A stretch of DNA of 63,987 nucleotides, filler included, from Basidiobolus ranarum (lineage: Eukaryota): NCBI GenBank assembly GCA_040143965.1. It is 6 parts of 6 records of this genome, joined end to end, with 100 filler letters (N's around TTAATTAATTAA, not from the genome) between each part and the next. Parts side by side here need not be neighbours in the genome. Positions count along the whole stretch, not along the records: positions 21,423 to 32,027 come from JASJQH010000689.1; positions 32,128 to 42,719 come from JASJQH010000690.1; 4 more parts are not named here. One strand, 5' to 3'. Of this stretch, positions 25,428-39,244 are shown piece by piece. A model generated the notes under the pieces. That model had not been told where the DNA came from. It was given only the letters and a program-made list of their open reading frames with translations, and did no database searches. Numbering within the stretch: position 1 is the stretch's first letter; every line of letters starts with the position of its first letter. The translations under genes were made by a program, and so were the position numbers.

Positions 25428-28400
25428 TGATTCTGGGAGACGTACGTAGCTTAATAGGATGTAATGTAATTATATACAAAATTTATGTCCGATGTTCCTA
25501 AGAGTACTGTGATAACAGGGGAATGTAGGCTTGGATGTTAAACTAGAGCACGGGTCAACAGAAGACTAGGATTTGCGATAAGTGATAAAGAGCACACTAA
25601 ATAAAAATGAGCCTGTTCGTATTAATGTGGCAGCTGACCGCTTTATATATGTGTTGACCTCTAGCTGACCCAGGATCAGTAGATATCTTGAAATAATCAA
25701 GGAACAAAACAATCAAGAGTGGGAAGAATAGGAGCCAATATAAACATGTATAAAATGAGGAATGTGGGAGAATGGTGGTCATACCCTGGTAAATCCGGAC
25801 AGATTTCCGCCCCTCGCATCCGTCCCAAATTCATCTAGGTCTCATTCAACATTGACCCACCGTCTTATCTATTACCAATAACATCACCAGGCCATTGTAA
25901 TTAGCATAAATACCACACCAGCACAATCCGATTATTTATGTGGGACTTTATTGAGGCCCAATCTATAGATGACATCGGATGATCACAATTATCAAATAGA
26001 TTGCTGAAACCTGTGCGTTGATTGGTTTTAAAATTATAAACATTGAGTATCTGTATGTGTGATACTGCTACTTGATATCAGATAGAGCACTTTAGAGTGT
26101 ATAAATTAAATTCACGTCGAATCCCATTTAGCTCAGTTTATCTCTACGTCGCTGAAAGCAATGAATAAGTGCTTGTCTAAATACAGTCAGGCCTTTAAGA
26201 TCACTCATGAGAAACCGTCAAGTCGTATTCTAGTCAGCCATTCAAACTAATGCACATTCTTTAATATATTTCGAAGTGATTTGATAGTGATAAGATTTGA
26301 AACCGGCTCTTTTTGGAATAGGACCCGAGCTTGCAGTCAAGTAAAGATCAACGAATCAGAGCCGCCACAAGCTCACATGTACTGTCTTTGAGGGTCAATG
26401 TAGTAGGGTTCCATGCTGGGAGCAGCAGTGTATTTCCATCATACCATGAAGCCTTGGACCAAACCACCGAATACCTAGGTGCGCAGTCACCTCCAGTCTC
26501 TACGGGGCCCAAGGATGCAACGGACTATGCCTGGCCCATTGGATGCTTGGGGTACTTCACCAGGGTGTATGGTGTGATCCTAGTGCTCGGTCGGGTTCTG
26601 AGTAGCTTCAGGGAGAACGGATGAGAGGGAGCTATTGTTCCAACATGATAGGTCTACGCTGGAATAAACTGGGCCAAGCCTGTTGGGGAAAGTCTGAGAA
26701 AACCTGCTTTCGTTTAAGCAATCATCTATCCCTGTTCGACCGCTGCTTGCTCGATAGGCAATTTGCCAATATACCTTCTGATTAAGGTAATTCATGCAAG
26801 GATGGCTTGGCTGATTTTGTGGTAAATCAATAGGACATGAAACAAACATGTCTCAACTCCATTGGGTCATCATTGTTGATCCAAAGCCGCCTTCACCAGA
26901 TATTAATGCTCAGAAAATGCAAAGTGTCAGCAGCAAGCAGACAATACGATCTTCTGTTCAAGCTCAAACATGTCTGCATTTGAATGCTTGGGTGAATCGA
27001 TTATTGACACGCAGATGTTGTATTGAACGCCGCTTTCAACCTCTGAAAAGGATCCAGCGGATTTTCTCACACCCACTCAGCCAGCATGAATCTATTCAAT
27101 TACTCTAATCCTGCTATCCAGATCCGGTGTGAGCATTTTTGGAATACACCGCGTCATATGATCAGGGAGGAGGCTGGGTATCTATTCCATTCTGAGATCC
27201 GATGGAACTTAAGGAAAGCCGCTTCTTTCGGCTAGGTTTTGGGAATTCAGCACAAATGCACCACTTCGCATGCCTTTTGGTGATGTATATGTGTGATATG
27301 AAGCAAGTCCAGGTGTTGATCTCTAGGAATCACTGTGGTTTTACCTAGCTCCATTATTAGAAGCCATTGCTATCCGCTAACACATGGGTAGATTGACAAT
27401 GCTGTGATGGGATGAGAATGGCTTGTTTTGTAGGGTTTTTTCATGGCAGCAACATGCACGAGGTCTCATTTGCACGATATCGATACAGAAACCAAACCTA
27501 AAACCTTGATGCAGCAAGTGTCTCAAATAAAATAGGAGTGAAGAACGTTCACAAGTTGGTCCGTTCATTGCATAAGTTTATGGTCACTCGATAGTTTATA
27601 TAGTACCTTTGTGAATTGATATAGTAGTCTCCAGTGCGATGAAAATCCTCCTTCAGTAACCTCGATGGTCTATGAAAGCGATCCGTTTTTTCTGAACGTT
27701 TATCAGCAGTACCTCACTAACCCTCAATCCCGATGCTCTCTCGAAGCAGGTCTGACCAATACAAGAAGATTGTCTTTCCATCGGCTAATTATCTTATCAT
27801 TACACGATGTTTATTATCAGCAAATCTGAAAATGAAATATATGCAGTCATGACACTAATGTTTGATTTTTCACGCATTAATACCGTACTTTGAGGCTTTG
27901 ATGTTCTTAACCCTAAACCACTTTCAAAGCATGTGCATTTGATGAATCAGATGAAAACGGGAATTCTTTCTACATGCTAGGAAATATAAAGGGACCATCG
28001 ACTCCCCATCTTGCGTTCACTCTTTTCCGATTGAAAGACTTCGGATTAGTCGAGCCTTAAAGTCAGCCTCCGTATACTTGTGTGCTTACGCTGGGAAGAT
28101 TTACATTCAAATGGCTCAGGATGGCTGAGCTTAACCAGCTCATGCTATCCGAGACCATGCGGTTGACATTTGACTCAACCTTCCTCCAGACACCCATGCT
28201 GAATTCGATGGTTGCTTGGGCCTAAAGCATGCATGAAAGTTCAGACATCCACCGTCAGAAACAGTTTTGTGTTGTGACTGAGACTTGGCTAATGATTTTA
28301 CTTGCCAACTATTGAGTTCGGACAAAAGTCTAAATAGTTTCGATTTTCGGCCATAGATCAGTATTTAATTTGGAATATTCCAGCGGTTGTAGTGTACAAT

Positions 28401-31400
28401 GGTCAATATGGCAATATATTACGCTATTTTTGTCCAAGAATCGCAATATTTCGTTTAGGAAGTGATGCAACGGTGATGTTGTACTCATTCATAACTCTGT
28501 CAACAGTTTAGATACAAATATGATCTTTTGTAACACGACACAGCTACAGTCTGGACGGATTCTAGAGAAATCCTGATGGATTGCCATATAAAGTAAGTTC
28601 CATTTGTCCACAGGTTACAATCGATTCCAGAGTGTATTCACTAGGAATATAACTGGCGTAGAGCTTGGGCAAGGGAAATTTCCTATTGATAGCCCAAGGG
28701 TGTACGAACCAAATTGGTATTGCTACACAAGTTTCTCCTACCACAATGAGGAGAGAACACGGATTCGACTCAAAGGGTACATATGAGGTTGTACCATTTA
28801 GATGACATCTCCTATTACAACGAAGTAAGCAGGTTGTTGGGAGTTTTATCTGGCTGTTCAGGGTGCTAAGATTCAGAACCGAGTTCTACCTCGAAGGAAG
28901 CAGACGGAAGTACCTTGAACAAATATCTATCCATATTCTATCGGTCACCTTTGACTACGGTAATTGTCTGCCATGAACTCTATTCTATTCCCAGCCCACA
29001 TGTGTAAACCAAAACCGGATGGGACACATATTTAGTTTAGTTAGAAAAAGGAAATATATCTCGCCAGTTGACTGGAAATGGACGGATTGTAAGCGGACAA
29101 TATTTTGGATCTACCAGTAGACTTGATGAATTTTATGTTTGGCATTGTTCTAGTGTACAACTTTGTCGGCATCAGGTTCAGCCAGGTATTATACACAGAG
29201 CTTTAGCAATCAATTAATGTCTCTAATAGTCCAGTATAAGGTCTGTAAATGGTGCATCGATTCCTTTCTTCGCTTACCGGGGATGCATGGTGGATGGCTT
29301 AGCTGGTAGGGGTTTCATTTCTGGGAACAAAGGAAGTTTGATATTAGGTCAAATGTGCTACAGATAAACATAGAAGTGCTGAGCTAATCGCGCACCATAC
29401 AGTACCGGCATGTATCCCCTTTAATTTGTCTCAATTAAGCAAGAAGCATAAGCAGTGTTTAACCTAAAGTGGGGATAGACAGGCTTGCTTCTAGGCAGCG
29501 TACTTTTGACACCGAGCCTCTACGACTTGGTTTCAGATCAACTGAAGCCATCTTCGACTTATTTCTTACACAGGACTTCCTCCCTTTTGTCTATGCATTT
29601 CATGGGCATTTGCTTGATACGATTCTTATTTAATGTATACAGGATTGTTGTTCCTGTGGTGGTGCTAATTTGTCAGATTCTGATGGGGCAGTAGGGAGAT
29701 TAGAGGTCTCCAATTCTAGCAATTTAGTATATAGAAGCTACAACTATTTATCGTTTCACAGACAAAGATTGATTTCATTTTATTGAGGCTGCAGTAACCA
29801 ACAAACATTAATTACCACTTCGCAACAAAGCGTACATGAATCTCGACATTTACATCTCGGATTTTCTGTTCTTCATATTACCATTTAGCCATAAGCGCTC
29901 TACCGGCATAAGCCCAAGAACGGATCCGGGGGAAACTATTCCAGAGACTCCGAAAATGGGAATCTCCAATCTGGTAAAGCGGGAGCGGTACTGGACTAAT
30001 AAAAACCCCTCAGGATTGATACCGAATGAACTGGTATCCAATGGACCAACAGTAAGAGTTGGGACGTTTGTAATATACTGATCCAGAACACACTTTCAAT
30101 TCGTTGACAAAGCTATAGCGATAGAAACTATGCCGACACGGCGCTTACCATTACTGGAGATTCCAAATCCATCCCGTCTTCCATATATATTGGGCCTTTA
30201 AGAAGCTTGTATTTATTTTTAGACCAAGAAAGTCTTGTGAAACTCGAAGTATTTGAAGCAAGGGTGTGCTAAAATAACAGAAGTTGCTACACTGGTTTGA
30301 TCACTAATAAGCCCCCGTTATAAGCAATGTAAACAATCGGTGTGAATAGCAAGTGCCGTACAACATTATTCCAAAGGAAGTGTCCACACAGATTACCATT
30401 AAAAGAACTACCGCAATAATACAAAGCCACCAACTTCTGGACACAAATAATGCTACCCAAGGAGGCTCAAATCGATCCACTGCCAGTAATTGATTGCCAA
30501 GCTCCTCGATCTCCTGAATTTAGCCATAGTATCCGCACTCGATCGATTCCCTAGTAGTAGTTAGCACTAGGCCTCTGTGGCCTTAAATAGAAAATCAAGA
30601 TAGTATAATCGCCCACCTACGAAATCCTACTAGCTTTCGATTTATAGGCGACTTCCAGTCATTCACTGATCCATATTAGTGCTGGCTCTGGTGCTGCATG
30701 GGGTACAATGTTCTACCTGAGCCTGCTGGAGATCAAGTTTATCTGACAAAAAGATCAAAGGAATTACTTTGGCTATAACCTAAGGTTTCATCTTGACCAA
30801 GAAGGGATAAGTGAAGTGTCGGTAAATTCCATCAAGTCAATCTCCTATTAGTGTGATACTCTAGATGAAATGAATCTTGATGCTAAAAGCAAATTATGCA
30901 GATCCTTTTGCTACATTTAGTTTGATGAAAAGGATGATATGGATATTGATCTGCAGAGCCAAACATTCGCATAAAACAGCCAGCATCGGCTCCATCGCCA
31001 TCGTAAAATGAAGGATCGGTAACTACCATCAGTGGCTAACTTGACGCTGTTGGAGAGTCGTTTTGGCAATTGTTACCATGACCTCACCGTTATCCATAGG
31101 CCATATTGACTTGCTCTATCCGTGAAAAGTGGAAGTTATACTGCTCATTACCACAGACATCCTTTTTGCCAATCAACTGGGCCCAGAAATATAGGCCGGG
31201 GCCGGAAATCCAGCAAGCAACGAACAAATCAAGTCTTTTATGATGTGCAAATGTAACCGCATCTATAGTCAAACAACAGGAAACCCCAAGATTAGAGCAA
31301 TCACTCTACAAAATGTTCGATACCATTGTTACGCTAACAAAGGGTTTGGACGTTACTTGATTCATCTCGATAGGTGGAGCTCTGTGTGTCACCAAATGAG

Positions 31401-32027
31401 GAGGAGAGATAAACTGTAAAGATGACTTGGCAGGTCGCGAATATTCTGGTTTTGACTCGAAGATATGCCTCGAACTTTGCGTATCGATAATGTGTATATG
31501 TCTCAGATTGTACTCTTTGAAAGGATTGATTAAAAGCATTTCTTTACAAGATTAGGGAATTGCTTTCCTAATACAACAGTGGGCGTTCCAATAAGGGGAA
31601 ATTAGTCGACTTTCATGGCTCAAATTTTAACTCAATACCGCTCAAATATACGAGGACTTTGATGTCCGGCATATGATAGTGGCACCAAATTCAGCCTTAA
31701 CTCAAGCCACACATATCTGTGACCCCAGACTATAGAGTGTGAGATTTCACCATACTAAATGCAATAAAGCATATCCTATAGCTAATTCGATCCTTGTATA
31801 TTCTCCTTAGCAACCGTACATCTCGCTCTATTTTCTGAGCTTTGACAGCGAAGTAGAAAAGTTAGAACACCAATACTTTCAAGATACACTCACTTGATGG
31901 AGTCTCTATAAATGGCCCATGAATCACATGCTCCATTGATTCTACATATCTCAATTGGATGAGTAGCACTGCTCTCGATATCTATTGAAACATGCAAACA
32001 CTTGTTCAAATGGTACTGTCTATGTAG

Positions 32028-32127
32028 NNNNNNNNNNNNNNNNNNNNNNNNNNNNNNNNNNNNNNNNNNNNTTAATTAATTAANNNNNNNNNNNNNNNNN
32101 NNNNNNNNNNNNNNNNNNNNNNNNNNN
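32028..32127. other. Artificial contig linker
   Basis: N44-TTAATTAATTAA-N44. Confidence 0.99.
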
Positions 32128-32429
32128 TAAAATATCTCAATAAAGGCATGCATATTAATTCAAATTCCTACAGCAGTAAACCCAGTAATTTGCCATTCGA
32201 AAATTATATTTTTGCAAAAATTGCTGGATATTGAATAATGCATGCCAAATTTGAGGATCAATATTTTAACATGTATAAATACCGCCAAGATACCGTCAAG
32301 AAACCGCCATCACACCATCAAAATCCCTGGCAGAATGCAAGCCAACAATATTGTGACGGTTCTCTGATGGTTTTGCTATTTTAGAGGGTGGATCCGATCC
32401 GGATCTAATCAATTTTATTTTTGTTAGGG
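32128..32429 (+). mobile_element. End of a putative DNA transposon (terminus ...TTTTTGTTAGGG)
   Basis: Homologous to ~35480-35753 (same TGTTAGGG end) and, inverted, to ~38770-38900; it cuts off the adjacent Copia integrase. Confidence 0.6.
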
Positions 32430-34380
32430 ACAGTGATAGCAACAGATTCTGCCCAAAAGTTATGATATGAATTTTGTGCAGTTGCCATATATTTTACCAT
32501 TTTGATTATAGTCCTGTTAGCTCTTTCAGCAACTCCATTTTGTTAAGATGAATAGAGGGCAGTAGTTTCTTGCTTATTTTTGCAAAAGTGCTTAAATAGG
32601 ACATGTTCTTGGTGACAGTGCCAGATTTTGCTTAATATATCATATTGGATAAAGTATTTGAAAGTTTATGTGGCACAATTTAGCATAATCCATCACCCTC
32701 TGGCATGATGAATTTCAATTAAATTTACTCAAATAATTTGATCCAAGGTCTGATAAATCCTGGCTCAATGTAACAAGTCTGTATTGTTGAAGTATAATCT
32801 CCCCCATTATTGGTACATATTTTCTGGATTTTGGTTCCAGGTTCAGTCTCCACAAGGGTTTTAAAATCTCTAAAGATGGAGAGGGCTTCTTCTATTCTTT
32901 CCATATGGTACACCCAAATGTTTACTTTATAATCATCAATAAATGTGACTAAATATCTTTTTCCACCAGATGATAAATTTTGCATGCATCCTCACATAGC
33001 TAAATGAATTAGATCCAATATTCTGATAAATTTGATTTAACCAGAGCTCTTGAACAGCTGCCTGGCTTATTTTCCATATATACAACTCTCACAAATTTCC
33101 TTTTTGGTTGGGTGATTGGTTTGAATTCCAGAGATTAGGCAATTTTCAATCATTTTGCTCAAATAATCAAATCCAGTATGGCAAAATCTCTTATTTTGAA
33201 TATTTTCTTGCTTGGAAAAACTTTTATTCATGTATAAACCATGTGCAATATATTGGAGTTTGCATAAGTTCTGCTCTTTTTCTCCCAAAGCTAAATACTT
33301 ACCATTTTGATATGTGATGGTTTATCCTGACTTATCAAAATTGAATCTTAGCCCTTTTTAGGGGGCCTTGTATAGAACTATTAAGAGCTTTTAACACATG
33401 TTTAAAGGTATACACTCTCTCTTCAGAAGCTCCTGTAAAATTGACTTGAATTGTTTCCATTCCAATGGCATCCAATGTGTGGTCATCCCCCCAGAAAACC
33501 TTTGAGGTTTGGATTTCTTCATAAGCCACAAACCAAAGTTTTTCATTTGTGAAATGTTGGGATGCTCCAGAATTAATATATCAGATCTGAGAATCCTTGT
33601 TGGTAGTCATAGATAGAGCAGATATGAAAAAGTGATTTTCTGTTGTAATCACTTTTCCAGATTCAGTACAATTATCTTTGAGCACAATTCTTTGAAAGCA
33701 GCCTTTGCTTGAATGGCCAGTTTTTTTACTTTAAGCACAGAATGTGTACTCTTCTTCTTAAAGTGGTTTTGCCCTTCATAGGAAGGTTTCTCATAGCCTA
33801 CTAAGGCATTTTCTTCATTCTTGTGGTTGGATCCCAGTATGAATAAACCTTCATCCAGAAGTTGCCCTAATACATAATTTAAGATCATATTTTCAGTTCT
33901 TGATTCTAGACCCATTACTAAGCTCTGAAACTGGTGTGGCAGGCTATCAGGACTGCAACTATGATATCTTGGTCAGTATTAGGTACTCCAATGCATTCCA
34001 TTTCATCCTCTAAAGAAGTTACTCTATTAGTTGGTAATTGAATGTCTTCTCCTGGTTTCATCTTTGAGTTAAAGAATTGTCTTCTTAGAAACAACTGGTT
34101 GCCAGCAGAACTTGTTTGGTAGGTGTCTTTTAAGGCTTTCCATACCTTTGTGGCAGCTTTGGCATTTGAGCATTGAATTAGCAATTTGTCTTCAACATTG
34201 AGACAAATAGTGTTAAAGGCACTTTGTTCTTTTTTAACCTGGAATAAAACTTTGGTTTCAGATAGATTGGCATAATTTTCTTCTCCTAACATAGTGTCCC
34301 AAAGTCCCTTTTCTTGCAGCAGCATTTTCACTTGAATTTTTCAAACTTGAGAATGAGTACCATTCAAACTTTGAGAAGAG
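32430..34380 (-). mobile_element. Decayed Ty1/Copia gag-protease-integrase fragment
   Basis: KMLLQEKGLW and LFLRRQFF (gag), YINSGASQHF (protease), CESCIYGK, GGKRYLVTFIDDY, TNNGGDY, QNGVAERANRTI (integrase); many stops and frameshifts. Confidence 0.92.
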
Positions 34381-34513
34381 GGAAAAGTTGCATAATTTTG
34401 AAAAGTACACATTGCAGAGAGTGCAAGTTTGGGCTGATATGTGATGAAATGGGGCTCCATATCGAATTGTCACTATTATCATATGTTGGTTTGCTTAAGA
34501 ATGTATCAGCAAA

Positions 34514-34861
34514 TGTAAAAGTATTTGAGAGCCTGTTGGAAGTGGTTTGGAGAATTTGATGAATTGTTGATTATCACTTATTGATTTGGTGAGCAGAAAG
34601 TTGACATTTACAGTTATGTCAAGATGTAAACAAACTACAGTTTACAATGTGTTAAGGAACATCCCAGGAACATGTGTACAAAGTATGGGGCTCCTAGCAC
34701 ATGTTTGAGAAAATCTATATATCAAGAACTTCTAACTTGGTAAAAATATTCTAAGTAAATTCTAATTGAGAATAAGCAGTAATAGTATTGTGAGATATAA
34801 GATAAATAAGTACTAAGCTACATATGACTGTATAGATGTTTAGGCAATGCTAATTTCAACA
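34514..34861 (-). mobile_element. Solo LTR, family 1, with 5-bp target-site duplication
   Basis: 348 bp with TG...CA ends, flanked by GCAAA at 34509-34513 and 34862-34866. Confidence 0.88.
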
Positions 34862-35049
34862 GCAAAATCAATGATGGACAAAATACAGTGTCTTAAGAAG
34901 ACTCCATACTATGTTAACCTTGCAACTCAGGGCTCCTTTCAATGTGCTCATGGGTTGTTGCATTGTTTGAGCACAATAACAGCAACAAAACCCAATCCAT
35001 GAACACAGTGTGAGTCTCCCTTGGATTTGGGCTAGTTTATCTATGTGAT

Positions 35050-35753
35050 TGTCTGATGGTATTTCTAGGAAAGCTGCAAGACAGACTTCATGGTGAGATA
35101 TATTGAGATATACAATAATAATGTTTTAGCCATTGGGTAATCTATTAAAGCAATGGCATATCTACTTGTGGCTGGACATTTGTTTACTGCAAGTTGGGGA
35201 TATTTTGATGGAATTCTTTACTGAAATTTGCCAAAATCCAAGAGCTTGTTCTTATTGTCAATGGTAACAAGAGTCAGCTATTAGCCAAGTGTCAACACTA
35301 CTCTAAATCTCCACTATTTAGCAATTATTCCATCTTTAGTTTGTGGGTTGAAAATATTGAGGTTGTTGAGTTATGTCTGATCTGTCAAGTATGTGCATAT
35401 GTAGAGTCTAAACTTAACAAGATTGTTGTATTTTTTGATTCTCTTCTTAGTAGGAATATGCAGCTTAAAAAAGATTTATCAAGTCATGCATATGAATTCA
35501 TACTTTTGATGCAGTAAGACCAGTAATTTGCTTTCAAAATTTGTCAGAAATAAATAAAAGCATGCCAAATATGAGGATCAATACTTCTTCATGTACAATT
35601 ACCATTATAGTACCATTAGAAGGCTGCAGTCTCACCTCCAAGATATTTGGCATAATACAAGCCATCAAAAATGTGACAGTCCTTTGATGGCTTTGTGCTA
35701 CTAATGGATGGATCCAATCCAATCCTGATCAAATCAATTCTTTTTTGTTAGGG
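35050..35753 (+). mobile_element. Older copy of the TGTTAGGG-terminated DNA element end
   Basis: Aligns with 32128-32429 and with the reverse complement of ~38770-39243; ends TTTTTTGTTAGGG. Confidence 0.6.
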
Positions 35754-36399
35754 CTTTGGTGTAGTATTCTACACTGTAATCACTTCCATGCTCCACACTT
35801 TTATGCTAATTTGAGCTCAATCATGCTTTGTTATGATTAAATGCAGCTATGGCTTCTGCTTTTAAGTTGAGAAAGAATACCTGAGTGTATGATGTTTTGT
35901 CATCAATTGAGGTCAATATTTCACTTTTGCCACCAAGTGAAACATTTTTCATAATTTCATAAAGTTAGAATGAGTCAGGCTAAATTCTCAGTAGGTGCAA
36001 TTTCTGCAGAGCTTGAAAATGTTGGTCTATGATGTTTCCATGTAGATATTATGATTTGCAAATCTTAGCAGCTTAAGTATCAGTTAAGTTATGCAACATT
36101 CAGTGTCTTCAGTGTAGCAGTACTATCAGTAAATCAGCATTATTGCCTGGTGATTATTATCAGTGCCATCAGTTATCTATTATGTAGATATCAATTGATT
36201 TTAGTCTGCAGTCATATGATGTTCCATTAATTACTCATAGTAGGGCAGATGATAGTCATATAATCACATTCCATGGAGGGTAATATGAACTTATCCCTTC
36301 CTTTCTATTAGATCATATGATCATCTTGACTACACCAACTCAGGATATCTTGACCAAAAATTGTGTCACACCAGTTTGCTATGACTAGATCTGTATTAA

Positions 36400-37160
36400 A
36401 GTCTATGAACTTGAATCTTTCAGCTAGAAGAAGCCTTTATAGCTAGAGGAGTTCAAGAAGCCAGCAAGCTACTCTATACATCCTTGTATTTGACTGATGC
36501 AGCCCTTCAGTGGTATCATATCATAGCTACAGCAGCAGCTACAGGAGAACTACCACCAATCACACCTGACAACAGCTTAACAAAGAGATTCAAGATGGCT
36601 GTGACCCACCACATCAGCAGTAACTATTTAGAACAAAACCCAGATGGTTGAAGTAAGCAATGATTGTTCAGGAATATACTTACCAGCTCAGAAGCTTAAT
36701 TGGCTAGATCAACCATGTGCATCAGCTAGACTAAGTACAGCACTTTGTTGATGGACTGAAAAGAAGAACCAAGATTGAAGTAAGCAACCATGCCCCAGAC
36801 ACCTTACAACAATCAATTAAGATTAAAATAATTGTTGACACAGTCATGTATGGTGAAGGAAAACTATATGCCTTGGAGGGCTGAAAACAGAAACATTACC
36901 CCAGAAGACCAATGGAAAGAACTTTCAGAGAGATTAGTTCCATAAATAGAGAGCTGACTACTAAAAAATGTAAGCAAAGACAATTGTGCTCCTCATGGCA
37001 TACAAAGGGACATTTTGCTTGATATTATCCAGACAGAGAGCCAACAGAAAGTAAGAAGAGCTTTAATGTTGTTGTGACTATAGAAGAGTCAGACAACAAT
37101 TGGGAAGAAGATGCTGAGGCCTTGTTGCAACAAACAGCTGACCATACTTGCAATGTGGAT
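36400..37160 (+). pseudogene. Ty3/Gypsy-like gag relic
   Basis: LYLTDAALQWY at ~36484 and a degenerate zinc-knuckle-like KGHFA near 37005; heavily interrupted. Confidence 0.45.
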
Positions 37161-37169
37161 GAATACTCC

Positions 37170-37290
37170 CTCTAACAGATATTGCAGGATTGTTATTGAA
37201 ATAAAATTATCACCATTTTAATCCATTTTGGATTGACTATTTACTTGCCATCATACAACCATCAAGGTAGATTTGATTTTGATCATTTTT
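37170..37290 (+). mobile_element. Opposite end of the DNA element, old copy
   Basis: CTCTAACAGATATTGCAGGATTGTTATTG...GATTTGATTTT aligns with 42609-42719. Confidence 0.6.
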
Positions 37291-38769
37291 TCAGATTGAG
37301 TAGTGAAATCTCAAGATCTGGCAAAATAGCTGTACATGATTGACTACAATCTCAGAAAACAATGTATCACTCATGTGCAAAAAACATGACTCAAATTTTA
37401 CACTTTCATCACTTGAATGTTAACTTGTCCCTTCAAAATCCCTGGTTTCTTTGATATATTCTCTCAAATATTCATTTAGAGTTTTGGTCAATACCCTGTG
37501 ATATTGCGCCAATATATATTAGATTCTTCACAGATATATGCATGGTCAACCTAGAGTGAGTGTCAAGTTGACTATTCTTTTGAAATCACTTTCTGCATAC
37601 TTGCATACAATTTTGCCCTTAATAATTCTGAAAATACTCCTCAAGCACTTTACCATTTTATACATCCTTGTAGTATGACATTACTGAGGGTGCTTTGTGG
37701 TGTTTGCATGGCTTTTGCTTGCCTTGAAATTTGAGGGTAATCTTAGCACTTTGAAAGGTACCAGTAGAGGTAGGAGAGCATTGGGTTTTATTTGCTACTT
37801 TTTGAGCTTGTTAAGAGAGGCCAGGTGTTGGATAACCTTCCACATTTAGCACTCTTGCAACTGGTATGCTTAGTTGTATGGTAAAATTTGGCCTTTTTGC
37901 CAGTGTATCAGCTGGTCAATCTGACTCTGGAAATTCATATCTTTGTGATAGTGTGAAAAATTTGGTAAGTGGCACCATAGAGCCTAAACTCACTGGCCTC
38001 TTTGCTTATTTCTTGGGTTAACTAAGTACCAGCTCCGTGAGTACATTTTCAGATGCTTTTAGTTCTGTTCCAGGTCAATACAGGCATACATTTTTGTGAT
38101 CCTACATGAGTTGGCCAGCACTAGCCCAAGTGTCATTTACTTGCAAAAATCAAGAATTAGCCATAGGAATTAAGTCTAAACCTTCTAAGTTATTCCTATT
38201 TTTTGGTTTTTCTACAACTGGCTCAAATTGACATGATTCTGGGCAAGACTCTGCACAGTTTCCAAAATGTTAAATTATTCATCATCAGAACAAGTGACAG
38301 CAGCTTTAATGTCTAAAGTGTTTTGGTTTCCTGGTTTTCCTATGAGATTTCTACTTTCACAAGCCCAAGCAATTTTGGGTCTAGGCATGGGCTTAATTGT
38401 CCAACACACTTTCTGCACTCCTAGATTATTATGGTTATATTCATATAAATGATATGGGATTGCTTGAAATCTCTTATATAAATTGATTGAGGGAGCTGCA
38501 TGTTGCTGTAGCTCAGGTACAGCATTCTGAAGATCTTGTATCATTGTTAGGTGACTCTCTAACTGCTGACTAGCTTCCTCAGAACACTGCATATATTGCA
38601 ATACTATGCCATTCTTACTTCTCATGACCTGTAGAGCTACTTCATAATGTTTACCCATAATGGCATAAAACTCATTATGGGGTTCTGCCTGAGATTTCCT
38701 TGTTCTGATCATTTTATCCAACTTCTGTTTTTAGGGGTGTTCAATAGTTAGTTTTGATGCTGTTTATAT

Positions 38770-39243
38770 GCAGTATATGATCTGCATATTTACAATATGT
38801 TATTTATTTTCTGGCAGCTTTTACAAAAATCTGATTTTTGAATGGCAAATTACTGGGTTGACTGCTGTAGAAATTCAAATTAATATGCAAGCCTTTAATG
38901 AGATATCTTAGGCTTTATATACCAGCCATAATGAGAATCAAAAAGTAAAAGAATCTTGTTATTTCTGGTACCTATATATACACATAGTTGACTGAGCTGA
39001 CATAACACAGCAACATCAATATGCTTTACCAGCAAACTGACAGTGAAAAAATTGCTAAACATCTGAAATTTTGAATAGAATTGACACTTGGCAGATAACT
39101 GACTCTTGTTATCATTCACAATGAGAATGAGCTACTGGATTTTGGCAAATTTCCATAAAAAATGCTAAAACAATAAAACTGCATATCTTGATCCATCTCA
39201 CCAAGAAGTCTGTCTTGCAACTTTCCTAGTAGTACTGTCAGAT
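38770..39243 (-). mobile_element. Inverted copy of the DNA element subterminal region
   Basis: Reverse complement matches 32140-32260 and 35050-35400 (e.g. CTAGGAAAG.TGCAAGACAGACTTC.TGGTGAGAT); the match stops at the LTR starting 39245. Confidence 0.65.
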
Positions 39244-39244
39244 T

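Noticed and set aside
34514-34861. This LTR as the 5' LTR of the adjacent minus-strand Copia fragment
   Set aside because: It has its own GCAAA duplication on both sides and no adjacent PBS, so it is an independent solo LTR.
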